This document shows positions 1 to 10,820 of a stretch of 64,000 nucleotides of DNA, in pieces. The notes beneath the pieces were generated by a model that saw nothing but the letters and a program-made list of their open reading frames with translations, ran no database searches and had not been told where the DNA came from. Source of the DNA: Azolla caroliniana (taxonomy: Eukaryota; Plantae; Polypodiophyta). Both the position numbers and the translations under genes were made by a program. Numbering within the stretch: position 1 is the stretch's first letter; every line of letters starts with the position of its first letter. The DNA is taken from assembly GCA_043228905.1 (NCBI GenBank), contig JBHGNT010000017.1, positions 16,554,001 to 16,618,000 on the forward strand, read 5' to 3'.

Positions 1-662
1 CTGCTTCCGTCGTCCTGGTTGCGAGTTTGCCGTAACCGGAGAGATTCCTCCGCGACTCTCCGGATCTCGTTGGAGAACGAACGATCCGAGCGAATTTCCT
101 GCGCTGCTTGCTGGAAAGTCTCACGCCGTCTTTGCCGTTCGGCGATGCGTCGAGCTCGGTCTGTAACCAAGTCGTGCGTTGGTCTAGTCATCCATTACCG
201 TCGTTCGCTGCGAGAAAGCAGGAATCGTGGTCGCCAAAACTGTGTTATTCGCTTAGCCGGACAAGGCCTAACACAAGGTGTCACGGAGACACTTCACCAA
301 AGGGTGAGTACGGCATAGGATTAAGATTCAACGATTACACCGACTTACGTAGGTTACACGCTTAGATTGCTTTGGTTAATTACACGCGTAAGATATAACA
401 GTGATTACAAAACGGAAATCAAGACAGAAGTATAAACATCATAATCTCTATTAATTATCCGCTGTCATTACAATAGGGTCCGGGCCTTTAAATAGGTTTC
501 CGGCCCGTAGTACAAAACGGTGCCCCTCGCACCTATTCGGGATCCGTCCGGATCTGGAACGGCATACCGTTTCCAGTCCGTCCGTCCACACTATCCTCAT
601 TTACAACCATATATAATTAATTCCTTCACTCCGTATTTTGGACTCCTTGCCGGCCGGTAACA
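1..662 (-). mobile_element. 5' end of a Gypsy-like LTR retrotransposon: LTR 241-662, PBS, start of gag running off the window
   Basis: Segment 241-662 has TGT...ACA ends. On the - strand it is followed by gttt-TGGCGACCACG (PBS-like) and then an open frame from ATG at 191 (MTRPTHDLVTDRARRIAERQRR...) that reaches the window edge. Confidence 0.7.
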
Positions 663-734
663 TCGTTCACTTGTGTCTTCTAAATCTTTAAGTGAGCATT
701 CTAGTTCATTAATTTATTTGTGTAATTGATCCTG

Positions 735-880
735 TGCTTCAATTTTATTATTTTAATATTGACACCACAACATTGCCACATTATGAACAACGATTACTCG
801 ACTCTATTTTAGATGATTTTCAAGACATGTTTCCTAATGAATTGCCGCTTACTTTACCACCAAAACATAATGTGAACCAT
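735..880 (+). mobile_element. Gypsy pol fragment (protease-RT linker)
   Basis: LLDSILDDFQDMFPNELPLTLPPKHNVNH resembles the Ty3/Gypsy linker that precedes RT (ILxEFxDVFPxELPxxLPPxRxxxH). Confidence 0.6.
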
Positions 881-3800
881 CAAAACGCAACATGGGAGCA
901 AGCGGTGAGTCAAGTCATGTATTGCTTGGCAACATGTGTCCACGACCACATGCTTAGCCACATTCGAGATGCCCAGATGCCCAAAGAGGCGTGGGAAAAC
1001 TTAAAGAAAATGTTCGCCACCAACACAACCCCCCGAAAGCTTCAACTCCGATAAGAGTTGAACAACATTCGGCAAAAAGACATGTCTGTGTCGGACTACA
1101 CTGCCAAGATCAAGAGCATTTGCGACTTGCTTGGCTCCATCAACATAAATGTCAATGAAGATGAGATGGTTCAAGGATATGCTTGGGCGTCCTCGCACAA
1201 TGATTCGACCCATTACGGACAACAATCTTGGTGAGAGAAAACCCTCCTTCGTTCTTCGACCTTCAATCAATGCTATTGGTCGAAGAAAACCACGTCTGAA
1301 CCAAAAGCAAGACGTCGGAAGGACAAATGTTCTTCTCGAATTCGGACGGTGGCCAAGGACGAGGTCACGACGATAGAAGAGGTCAATTCGACCCTTCACA
1401 CGAAGGGAACTCAAACCTTCATGGAAACCATTGAGGAACCTTCGGAAGAAGGGGGAGCTTCCATGCCGAACAAGGTCGGCAAATGAGGCCCGCAACTTGC
1501 AATTGTTGCAGAAAAATCAGCCACCATGAGGAGGAGTTCCGAAAAAGAAGAAGCGAGTCGGCTTCGACAAGTTGACAACTCACGAATTACGCCACCAATT
1601 CTGAATACGATGACTACGACGGACTATTCGTAATGAGGCATAAAGAGAACTCTATGTCGTCCTCCGACTCTGCAAGCACCTCCAATTCGTCGATTCCGGC
1701 ACCTCACATTACATGACATCCCACAAATAGTGGTTCAATGATTTGCGTACACCAGACCGACCCGACTTCATAGAGACAGGAGACGACACCACACATCTCA
1801 TTCGGCACATCGGCAATGTCCCATTCGAGAAAGAAGGCGAACAAACTTGCATCAAGAATGTCTTGAACGTATCCACAATAACGAAGAATTTGGTCTCGGT
1901 CGGCCAAATCGTGGAGCAAGGCATGCAAGTCCGCTTCAACAACGAAGGTTGTTTCATCGAGAAAGATGGCCAACTCATAGCCAAGGGACGGAGAGACGGT
2001 TGCATGTTCATCCTCGATTCGAACGAGGTGAAATCAGGCATGTATGCCAAAGGTCACAAAACTGAGACAAGCATCGGGTTGTAGCACAAGAGAATCGGGC
2101 ACATAAACCTCCAATGGCTCCGAGCTATGCAAACAAAAGGATTTGTCATCGGATTTCTGGCCTTCGAGTCGACCGAGTATGCGAAGCGTGTCAACTCGGC
2201 AAACAACATCGACTCCCATTCCCAAAGGAGAGCTACGCAAGCAACAGCCTCCTCGACATCATACACTCGGATGTATGGGGACCGGTTCAAATGCTGACGA
2301 TCGATGGATGTCTATCTATGTCACCGTCATCGACGACTACTCGCACTACGCGTGGATCTTCCCGATGAAGAAGAAGAGCGAGGTGCTCTCCCACTTCCAA
2401 AAGCTCAAGGGGCAAGTCGAAAAAGAAATCGGTCGGCACACTCAATGCCTATGATTGGATGGAGGCAAGGAGTACTTCTCTGATGAATTCACCTCCTACC
2501 TCCAAAGTGAAGGCATTCGGAGAGAATTCTCATGCCGACACACACCCCAACGAAATGGAGTCGTCGAAAGGAAGAATCGGCAAATACTCGAGGTAGTACG
2601 AGCCATGTTACATGAGAAGCACATGCCGAACTTCTATTGGGCCGAAGCGACATCCATGACCGTCCATCTCATGAATCAATGCACCACCAATGGAGTGCAT
2701 GAGCTGACTCCCTATGAGCTCCTTGTCGGAAGGAAGTCGATCCTATCGCACCTCAAGGTGTTCAGAAGCATTGTGAATGTACGCATCTCGAACGAAAACT
2801 GACAAAAGCCCGACGCGAAGTCAGAGAAATGTATCCTCGTAGGATACTCGTATAAGAAGAAGGCATACAAGTGCTATAACCCTTCTACCCAAGCGGTTCG
2901 GGTAAGTCGAGACGTAGTCTTCGACGAGTCCACATCCTGGTACACACCAAAGACAACTTCGACTCCGACTCCGCTCGACCAGAATCCGCCGAACAAGAGG
3001 TAGAAGATGGAGATCGTTGAATCAAAGAAATGTTCGAAGAAAGTCCGATTTCGACAAGGCTTAGTGGGCCACAAGAGCCCCCGCGCAACCCAAGCACGTC
3101 GCGGCCAAGTACGACCTTGGACAAAGGCAAAGGTAAGATGTCTGAATACGAAGTCGACCATCCTGACGACAATGATTCAAATATGTTGGCTCCCTCACTA
3201 GACAGTGAGTTTGGTGTACCCATCAAGCGGACACCTGGAGTACAAAAGGCGCCCACATCGGCAAGCCAACAACTTTGACGTTCTTCTAGAGAGAAGAATC
3301 TCGTCACTTGGCTTGACTACAACGAGGACATGGCCCATCACTATGCTTTTGAGATGAAGGTAGTGGCCGAACAAGAGCCAGAGAGCTCTATAGAAGTGGC
3401 TTGTAACCCACGATGGGTGGCAGTAATCAACCTTCATCCACACACTACAAGCCTTCGTCACCGGCTTGAGGGGGAGGAACCGAGATTGCCTCGGAAAGTA
3501 TGAAGAAAGACGAAGACCGGACGAAAGCACACGAAGCCGACGAAAGCCAAAGCGGATGTCGGACGCCTCACACTTGAGCTTGCAGGGGCGTGTTGAGAGA
3601 TCAAGCTCAACTAGAGTTAGTTAGTTAGTCAACCATGTAACTTCGTAGTTACCTAGATAGAATCTAGTTAGAAGTGTTTACTATAACGCCTTAAATAGGA
3701 CCTTGTACTTAAGTGGGATATTCTAGATCCTCCACTCCCAAGTACATGTAATATAGGACTTACACCTTAGTACCTATATTCTGCTCACACATGGGCACCT

Positions 3801-4029
3801 TTGTACATGAGATGTATATATACCTCATTGTGGGTATTTTTGTATTTTGATGATGATAATGATGCTAATTTAATATAGAGTTAATCATCCCCCATCTTGT
3901 GTTGTTCATAAGTGTATCTTCCTCTCTCTCTCTCTTCCTCTCACACACATACACGCACATATCACATAATCTTTCGCGCCACTTAATTAGGTACTAATTA
4001 ACCCTTGCTTAATTACCTAATTCTTAACA
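881..4029 (+). mobile_element. Decayed Ty1/Copia element: gag, protease, integrase, RT/RNaseH deleted, 3' LTR 3591-4029
   Basis: Gag-like KEAWENLKKMF; protease region (NVLNVSTITKNLVSVGQI); CEACQLGKQHR...IHSDVWGP; integrase DGGKEY...TPQRNGVVERKNR. Many stops and frameshifts. A purine-rich tract precedes an LTR bounded by TGTTGAGA...TCTTAACA. Confidence 0.9.
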
Positions 4030-4389
4030 CTAGCATTTCAACCCTTTCACTATAAACCCTTATGGGTAACAAGTATGATGAACATAATCTTGGAGAGAGT
4101 GAAATGACTTATTAGATAGACTCATTAGGTTTTGTGTTGCTTTAGTTTGGATTTGTATAATTGTAGATGAACACATGGTGATAGGTTGTTGGACCCTTAA
4201 TGGATGCCTCATTCAATCTCTCGAACACTTGGTTATAATGTAAAACATAAATGGAACCCTTAAGACGGATATCTTCTACAATCCATGACCCTCTCAACAC
4301 CTTGTTCTTAAGGATATGACAATACCACTCGTTACTAGAGATTATGTTGACACTATGCATATATATTGAAGCCAATTTATGGATGGAAG

Positions 4390-4736
4390 TCCCTTCAACC
4401 TTTCTTAAGTGTCTAGTTTTACAATCTTCCTTTCTCATTCTTATAGGGCCTCTGAGCACTCTCATTGTGATGATGTAATAGTGAGGAGACCCCTTTGTCT
4501 CAAAACATCCCTTCAACCTTTCGTAAGTGTCTAGTTTTACGATCTTCCTTTCTAATTCTTATAGGGCCTCTGAGCACTCTCATTGTGATGATGTAATAGT
4601 GAGGAGACCCCATTGCCTCAAAACATCCCTTCAACCTTTCTTAAGTGTCTAGTTTTATGATCTTCCTTTCTCATTCTTATAGGGCCTCAGACACTCTCAT
4701 TGTGATGATGTAATAGTGAAGAGGCCCTATTGTCTC
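4390..4736. repeat. Tandem repeat, 118-bp unit, ~3 copies
   Basis: cccttcaaccttt recurs at 4391, 4509 and 4627. Confidence 0.9.
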
Positions 4737-4906
4737 ATGTTAGTTTGAGTTCTATCTTCACGTAATAGATTTGTTGGGAAATGTTTTACCGATCCTTGAT
4801 CCTTCTTTGTTATTCAATCTCACAAGTGCATGCCCTCACTTTTATGCATTCTTATCTATGCTTTCATGCTTGCTTGTATCCACCTTTGCTTCCTAGACTC
4901 GTTACT

Positions 4907-5860
4907 CCAACTTTATGCATTCATATGCACAACAATGACTGAATCATATATGGATAACTAATGTATTCCCAATTCATGTGGGTATTTAGAATGACATGGA
5001 AAGTATCATGTCACTTAAAAAACAATAAAATACTTTTAAGGTTGAGGGGTCTAAATTGTTGTATACATTATTGATGGTGAGTTGGGTGAGAATGGTTGTC
5101 AAATACCCTCAAGCTGCTAGCCTCACTTACCTTAATCTCGCTTCCTAAATTTGTTCCTCCAACTTTATGCATTGAAATGCACAATAGTGAGACAATTGTA
5201 TATGGAAACCTAAGGTATTCTCAATTCATATGGATATTTAGAACCACATGGAAAAGCTCATGTTTCTTCAAAAACAATTAAACACTTTTTAGATTGTTCA
5301 ATGTCCCAAACCCTCGATTAGGCTGAGATGTTCATATTGTCATACACCCTATTGATGACAAGCCCGATGAGATTAGTTGTCCAACCCTCTCAAGTTGTTG
5401 ACCTCACTTGCCCTAATCTCTTGAACTCCCACGCACCTCTCTTGAAATGGCAAGCCTCAATAAGACGCTGACACACAACAAGGGAATAAATCACAAGTAA
5501 TAGACTAACCATGCGTTGATTAAAGAGAGACGCCACCACAATGCATACAGTTAATAATTAGGTAATTAACTAAGGGTTAATTAGTATCTAATTATGTGAA
5601 TAGTTAATCACTTATGTGATTAAGCCGCGGAAGATTATGTGTTCCCCTTTTCTTGGTCTCACACTTGGCCTTTAGTACCAATGTTGATACCTTCGTAGGT
5701 AGTGCTATGTGCAACGGGTACTTAACACTACACATTAAAATGCACAACACTGACCCAATCATATATAGACAACTAAGGTATTCTCAATTAATGTGGATGT
5801 GTAGAACCACATGGAAGGCATTGTGCTAATTAGAAAGCAACCAAATACTTTTTAGATTAT
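4907..5860. repeat. Three dispersed, diverged ~135-bp copies
   Basis: The pattern atgcacaa...tattc.caatt.at.tgg.tat.taga...acatggaa...aa.actttt occurs at ~4907, ~5159 and ~5735. Confidence 0.7.
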
Positions 5861-6412
5861 TCAATGGTTCGAACCCTCAAAAGTGGGGGTTAGATTTGAA
5901 CATGTGGCTTTCATTTGAAGGACCCACATACTTAATAATTAAAGCCATAAAAGGCATATAGGAATAGATCCCCGAGCTACAAGTTTCGTCTTCTTAAAAC
6001 AGTTTACAAAAATGTACGATTACGACTGCCCAAAGTATCGGAAACACATGCTCGGATCTTCGTCGATATATTTCCTATATGTTCTCGTCAAAAAAGCGAT
6101 GCTTCGAATTCGTGTCACGACATTACAAAAGCCATTGCGAAACTTAGAAATGTGGGAACATTCAGGCTCCTCCTCCCCTGGAGTTTACCAAGGCCCCCAC
6201 TAGAAAACCCTAGCATTAACACGACCCCACACGCACATAGAGAGATACACACAAAAACACACACACACACATGGGTATCGATCACTACTCTGTTTTCGGT
6301 GATCAACGGATCATTTGTGATCATGCACACGCACACACACACACACACAGGTATCGATTCATTACTCTATTTTCGGTGATCGATGGATCATGTGCACACA
6401 CACACACACACA

Positions 6413-6415
<3 letters not shown>

Positions 6416-6466
<51 letters not shown>

Positions 6467-6632
6467 CCCATCTCTTCTTCTTTTTGAGTGTGAATGGGGA
6501 CATCACAACTACCATTCTGTGAAATGTATTCTGTGAGTGAAGAATGAATGTAAGGAAGAAAGGCTACTAGAAAATTGTCTGAACTTTGAAGAATTAAATG
6601 TAATTGAAAGAGCTTTCTGTTCTGTTGTGGCA

Positions 6633-6684
<52 letters not shown>
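6416..6684. repeat. (GA)n at 6416-6463 and (CT)n at 6635-6684, upstream of the STELLO-like gene
   Basis: Perfect dinucleotide runs read directly. Confidence 0.95.
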
Positions 6685-6688
<4 letters not shown>

Positions 6689-6907
6689 TTCTCCTTCTCT
6701 TCTTACATCAGAGCTGCTTTTTCCCTCCCCATTTGTTCATGATGGATCCATCCATGGCCTGCTTCCATCGATTCAGAATCGCCCATTTACCCTACTGACC
6801 TCCATTCCCTCCAAATGCTGCTGTTTTGGATCGGTCTCTGTCTGATCTGAAGAAAATAAGAAAGAAGAAGCTTGATTTTTCTCAACCTCTCCCTCCCTGT
6901 TCTCACA

Positions 6908-9900
6908 ATGATGGTTCAGGATCGCCCAAAGATCCTTAAACATGAAGGAACAGATGCATACAAAGACGAGGAAGAAGAAGAAGAAGAAATGAAAGATTCA
7001 GATGCTCTGTTGCTCTCAACATCTAAACCGACCCCATCTGTGGGTGTCTTGGATAAGCTAGCCAACCATGTCTCAAAGGTAGTTGTGATCTCTCTGATTT
7101 TCTTAAGTGTTTTCATTTTGATTCTTGTGAGAAAGCACAGTGAAACAGGGGCTGTTCTCTGTATCGAGTCTCAGATCTCCAAAGAAACAGAGGAAGGCTA
7201 TGGCAACATACCTTATCCATCTGTAAACTTTAGAAACATTCAAAGGATGGTAGATACCAGTGTATTTTCTAATATTCACTCAGAGAATTGGGTTGTTATA
7301 GCAGTCTCTGGCCCTCCAAGAGAAGGGATTTACTCCTTCTCTAAGCTAAAAGGATGGAGAACAGTAGCAGTGGGTGGGTTAGAGACCCCAATTGATTGGA
7401 ATGTGAGCGGCATTATATACCTTTCCCCTCAGATTCAAGCCACTTTGCCGTATAGAATCATTCCTCATCTTCCGAGCAATGCTCTTGTTAGGAAGAGTGT
7501 GGGTTATCTCTTCGCTATCCATCATGGTGCGAAGAGGATCTATGATGCGGATGAGAATGCATCGATGCTCGAAGATGACTTTAGTGGGACCTTTGATCTC
7601 GAGCTTAGTGGTGCGAATAGCCGGCGAGAGCCTCTCTTACAATACTTATCATTGATGAATCGAACATGTATAAATCCATACATACATTTCGGGCAGAGAT
7701 CGGTGTGGCCACGAGGTTTGCCTTTGTCTCTTGTGGGTGATATCAACCCTGAGGTTGCGTATGGGCAAGTTTTTAGTGGAAAACAATTCATTCAACAAGG
7801 GCTTTCATTGGGTCTACCTGATGTAGACTCTATATTTTATCACACGAGGAAATCTGGGATTAAACCCTTTGTTATAAGCTTTGATCGCCATGCTCCCCCA
7901 GTCGCACTTCCTCAAGGATCATTGGCACCTTTGAACAGCTTAAACACACTTTTTCACTCTGCGGCATTTTGGGGTCTTATGCTTCCGGTCTCGGTAAGTG
8001 TGAAAGCTTCGGACATTCTTCGAGGTTATTGGGCACAACGGCTTCTTTGGGAGATCGGTGGACAACTAACCATTCATCCGCCATCTGTATACAGACTAGA
8101 TACAATGTCTCCCCCTTCTTACGAGGATGAAAAAGATATGCATAAAAATTTGGATAGGTTGATGGAATTTCTAGTTTCGTGGCGATCTAAGAAATCCGGT
8201 ATATTCCAAAAGGCATTGCATTTGAGTCATTCAATGGCTGAAGCAGGGTTTTGGTCAGTACAAGATGTTATCTATACAGCTGCATGGCTTCAAGATCTCT
8301 TCTCTATGGGCTACACACAACCACGTGTAGTTGCACTAGAAATTGAAAGTGGAGTCACATTGACACATACGGAAGAGCATAGAGAATTTACACCAATAAA
8401 GCTCCCTTCAGTTCACTTGGGTGTCGAAGAAACAAGTGCAATGGGCTCAGAAATGGAAAATTTGATCAAATGGAGAAAATTCTATGGAAGTATAGTACTT
8501 ATATTGGAGTGTTCATGGCCCCTCAATCATTCAGCTCTCGCTTGGAAAATGCTATATGGTAGGATGTTCAAAAGTGTGGTTATGCTATCTGCATACAGTG
8601 ACAGTGACTTTGGAGTGGAAATGGTTGATGCGACACAGAGTTACAAGTAAGGATTTAGTGATAATAGTGGATTTTTGTGTTTTTTTTTTCTGTAAAATAA
8701 GTGCCATTGTTCAAATAAAAATTTCATCTGAAATTCGATATTCTTTAACGGAAATCTCCGACCATATATCGTTTTGTCACTCTACTCTACAGAGTGTTGC
8801 CGCCCATTTTTGAGAAGTTTCCGAATGCGGAAGGGTTCTTGTTCTTGAAAGATGATGTCATACTCAATTACTGGGCATTGCTTGCAGCGGATAAGAACAA
8901 GCTTTGGAGCCTCCACAAGGTTACATTCTCTAACTTTTTTGGTCTATATCATTTTTGTAGAATACGTAGCATACAATACGTGTAGAATACGTATGCTAAG
9001 TATTCTAACTTTTTTTTAAAAATACTTGGAATACCTATTTTATAGATAAAATACATAAAATACGTTAAATACTTAGAATATGTGTAGTAGAATACTTGTA
9101 AAATACATTAAATACTTCTTAAATTTTAAAGTTTTGTTTTCCAAAGAAAATAAATTTAAAACTTTTTTGAAATGATAAATACTTGTCAAATGCGTAGAAT
9201 ACGTGAAATTTTGAAAAATGGCAGTTCTAAAACGTAGAATACTTCAGAGTATTCTAAAATGTATTCTAAACGTAGAATTCGCGTTTTTTAACATCAATGG
9301 TCTATATATAAAATTTATACCATGTTCTGCTCTTATTCTCATCAAAAACCATGAAAATAGGTATGGACATGAACAAGAACAATAGCCTTACTTATTTACC
9401 TAAATGGCATCACCAAAAACATAGGAAAGCGGACATGATTCATAACAGATAGTTGAGATGATGATGATTGTCACATATAGCTAGAGTCTATATCTGCTCC
9501 GTGGATTAATTATAACCATGTTTTATGTTTGTTACTCTTTAATCTCATCCTAACCCTTCATCAAAATCTTGTTACACTCCATAACAAAGCAAAAATTACA
9601 ATATATCTAGAGTCTATATCTGCTCCGTGGACTAATTATCACCATGTTATTTGTTTGTTACTCTTTAATCTCATCCTAACCCTTCATCAAAATCTTGTTA
9701 CACTCCATAACAACGCAAAAATTACAATATATCTAGAGTCTATATCTGCTCCTTGGACTAATTATCACCATGTTATTTGTTTGTTACTCTTTAATCTCAT
9801 CCTAACCCTTCATCAAAATCATGTTACACTCCATAACAACGCAAAAATTACAATATATCTAGAGTCTATATCTGCTCCTTGGATTAATTATCACCATGTT

Positions 9901-10692
9901 ATTTGTTTGTTACTCTTTAATCTCATCCTAACCCTTCATCAAAATCTTGTTACACTCCATAACAACGCGACTCTTACAATATATCTAGAGTCTATATCTG
10001 CTCCTTGGATTAATTATCACCATGTTTTATGTTTGTTATTATTTAATCTCATCCTAACCCGTCATCGAAATCTTGTTACTCCATAACAGCACAAAAATTA
10101 CAATGTTATGTTGTTGCTACTCAAAATCACAAAACAATTTCTTTTTGTAAAAACTGATTTTATTTATTTACATATAGATGGATTGAAATATGTGTTTTTT
10201 TTTCAGATCACCAACTCATGGATACAACCGAACCTCTATAGAGAGGGTCCTGCGTGGTATCAGAAGAGCAACATAAGGAGAACTGTGCAATCAGTAGTGA
10301 AAAAGTTACCACAACCTTACAAATCGACCTATCAAGCAAACATAGACAATGGTCACTATGCAGTATGCAGATCGAATGTTTTCTACATCCCTCATAGGTA
10401 TGTATCGGATTTCACGATTCTAACCTCACTGGGTATTGATGCCGACCTTCGCCATGAAGTAGCCATCCCCTTATTTCTCCTCTCGATGGACTTGAAACAA
10501 CAGTTCGATGGGGTAGCCTTTAGTGATGTTATATACAAACCCAGTGATCGAGACGGTTTGTCAGGGTCCGGGATTTACTCCACTCGACCACATGCTTTTT
10601 ATCCATGGCATGCGAAAAATGAGGTCGATATCCAGACAATTATCAAGGCCATGAGTGCACGCGACTCTCTTCTCTTGAAATTTGTCCCATAA
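6908..10692 (+). CDS. STL: STELLO-like (DUF288) Golgi glycosyltransferase-like protein; exons 6908-8646, 8793-8919, 10207-10692
   Basis: N-terminal MMVQDR, one TM helix, RKSVGYLFAIHHGAKRIYDAD, NPYIHFGQRSVWPRGLPL and DILRGYWAQRLLWEIGG. GT-AG introns keep the frame (SYK|VLPPIF, LHK|ITNSW). Stop TAA at 10692. Confidence 0.93.
8950..9299. mobile_element. hAT-like MITE in STELLO intron 2
   Basis: 8-bp direct repeat GTCTATAT at 8942-8949 and 9300-9307; degenerate CATT...AATG termini; internal gtagaatac/tattcta repeats. Confidence 0.6.
9481..10105. repeat. Intronic minisatellite, 126-bp unit x5
   Basis: ctagagtctatatctgctcc starts at 9481, 9607, 9733, 9859 and 9985. Confidence 0.95.
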
Positions 10693-10701
10693 AATGAAGA
10701 G

Positions 10702-10820
10702 CCTAAACCCTAAACCTTAAACCCTAAACTCTAAACCCTACCTAATCCCTAAGCCCTAAGCCCTAAGCCCTAAGCCCTAAGCCCTAAGCCCTAAGCCCTA
10801 AACCCTAAACCCTAAACCCT
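10702..10820. repeat. Interstitial telomere-like array (CCCTAAA)n with an internal (CCCTAAG)n block
   Basis: About 17 heptamers starting 10 nt after the STELLO stop codon. Confidence 0.9.

Noticed and set aside
6115-6845. ORFs with CV/HT/ER/SL dipeptide runs (also 25017-25313, 62883-63292)
   Set aside because: They are translations of microsatellites.
9481-10105. Regular repeats as a CRISPR-like array (also 4390-4736, 17844-18306, 33660-33836)
   Set aside because: Head-to-tail units without unique spacers, in a eukaryotic context with no cas genes.
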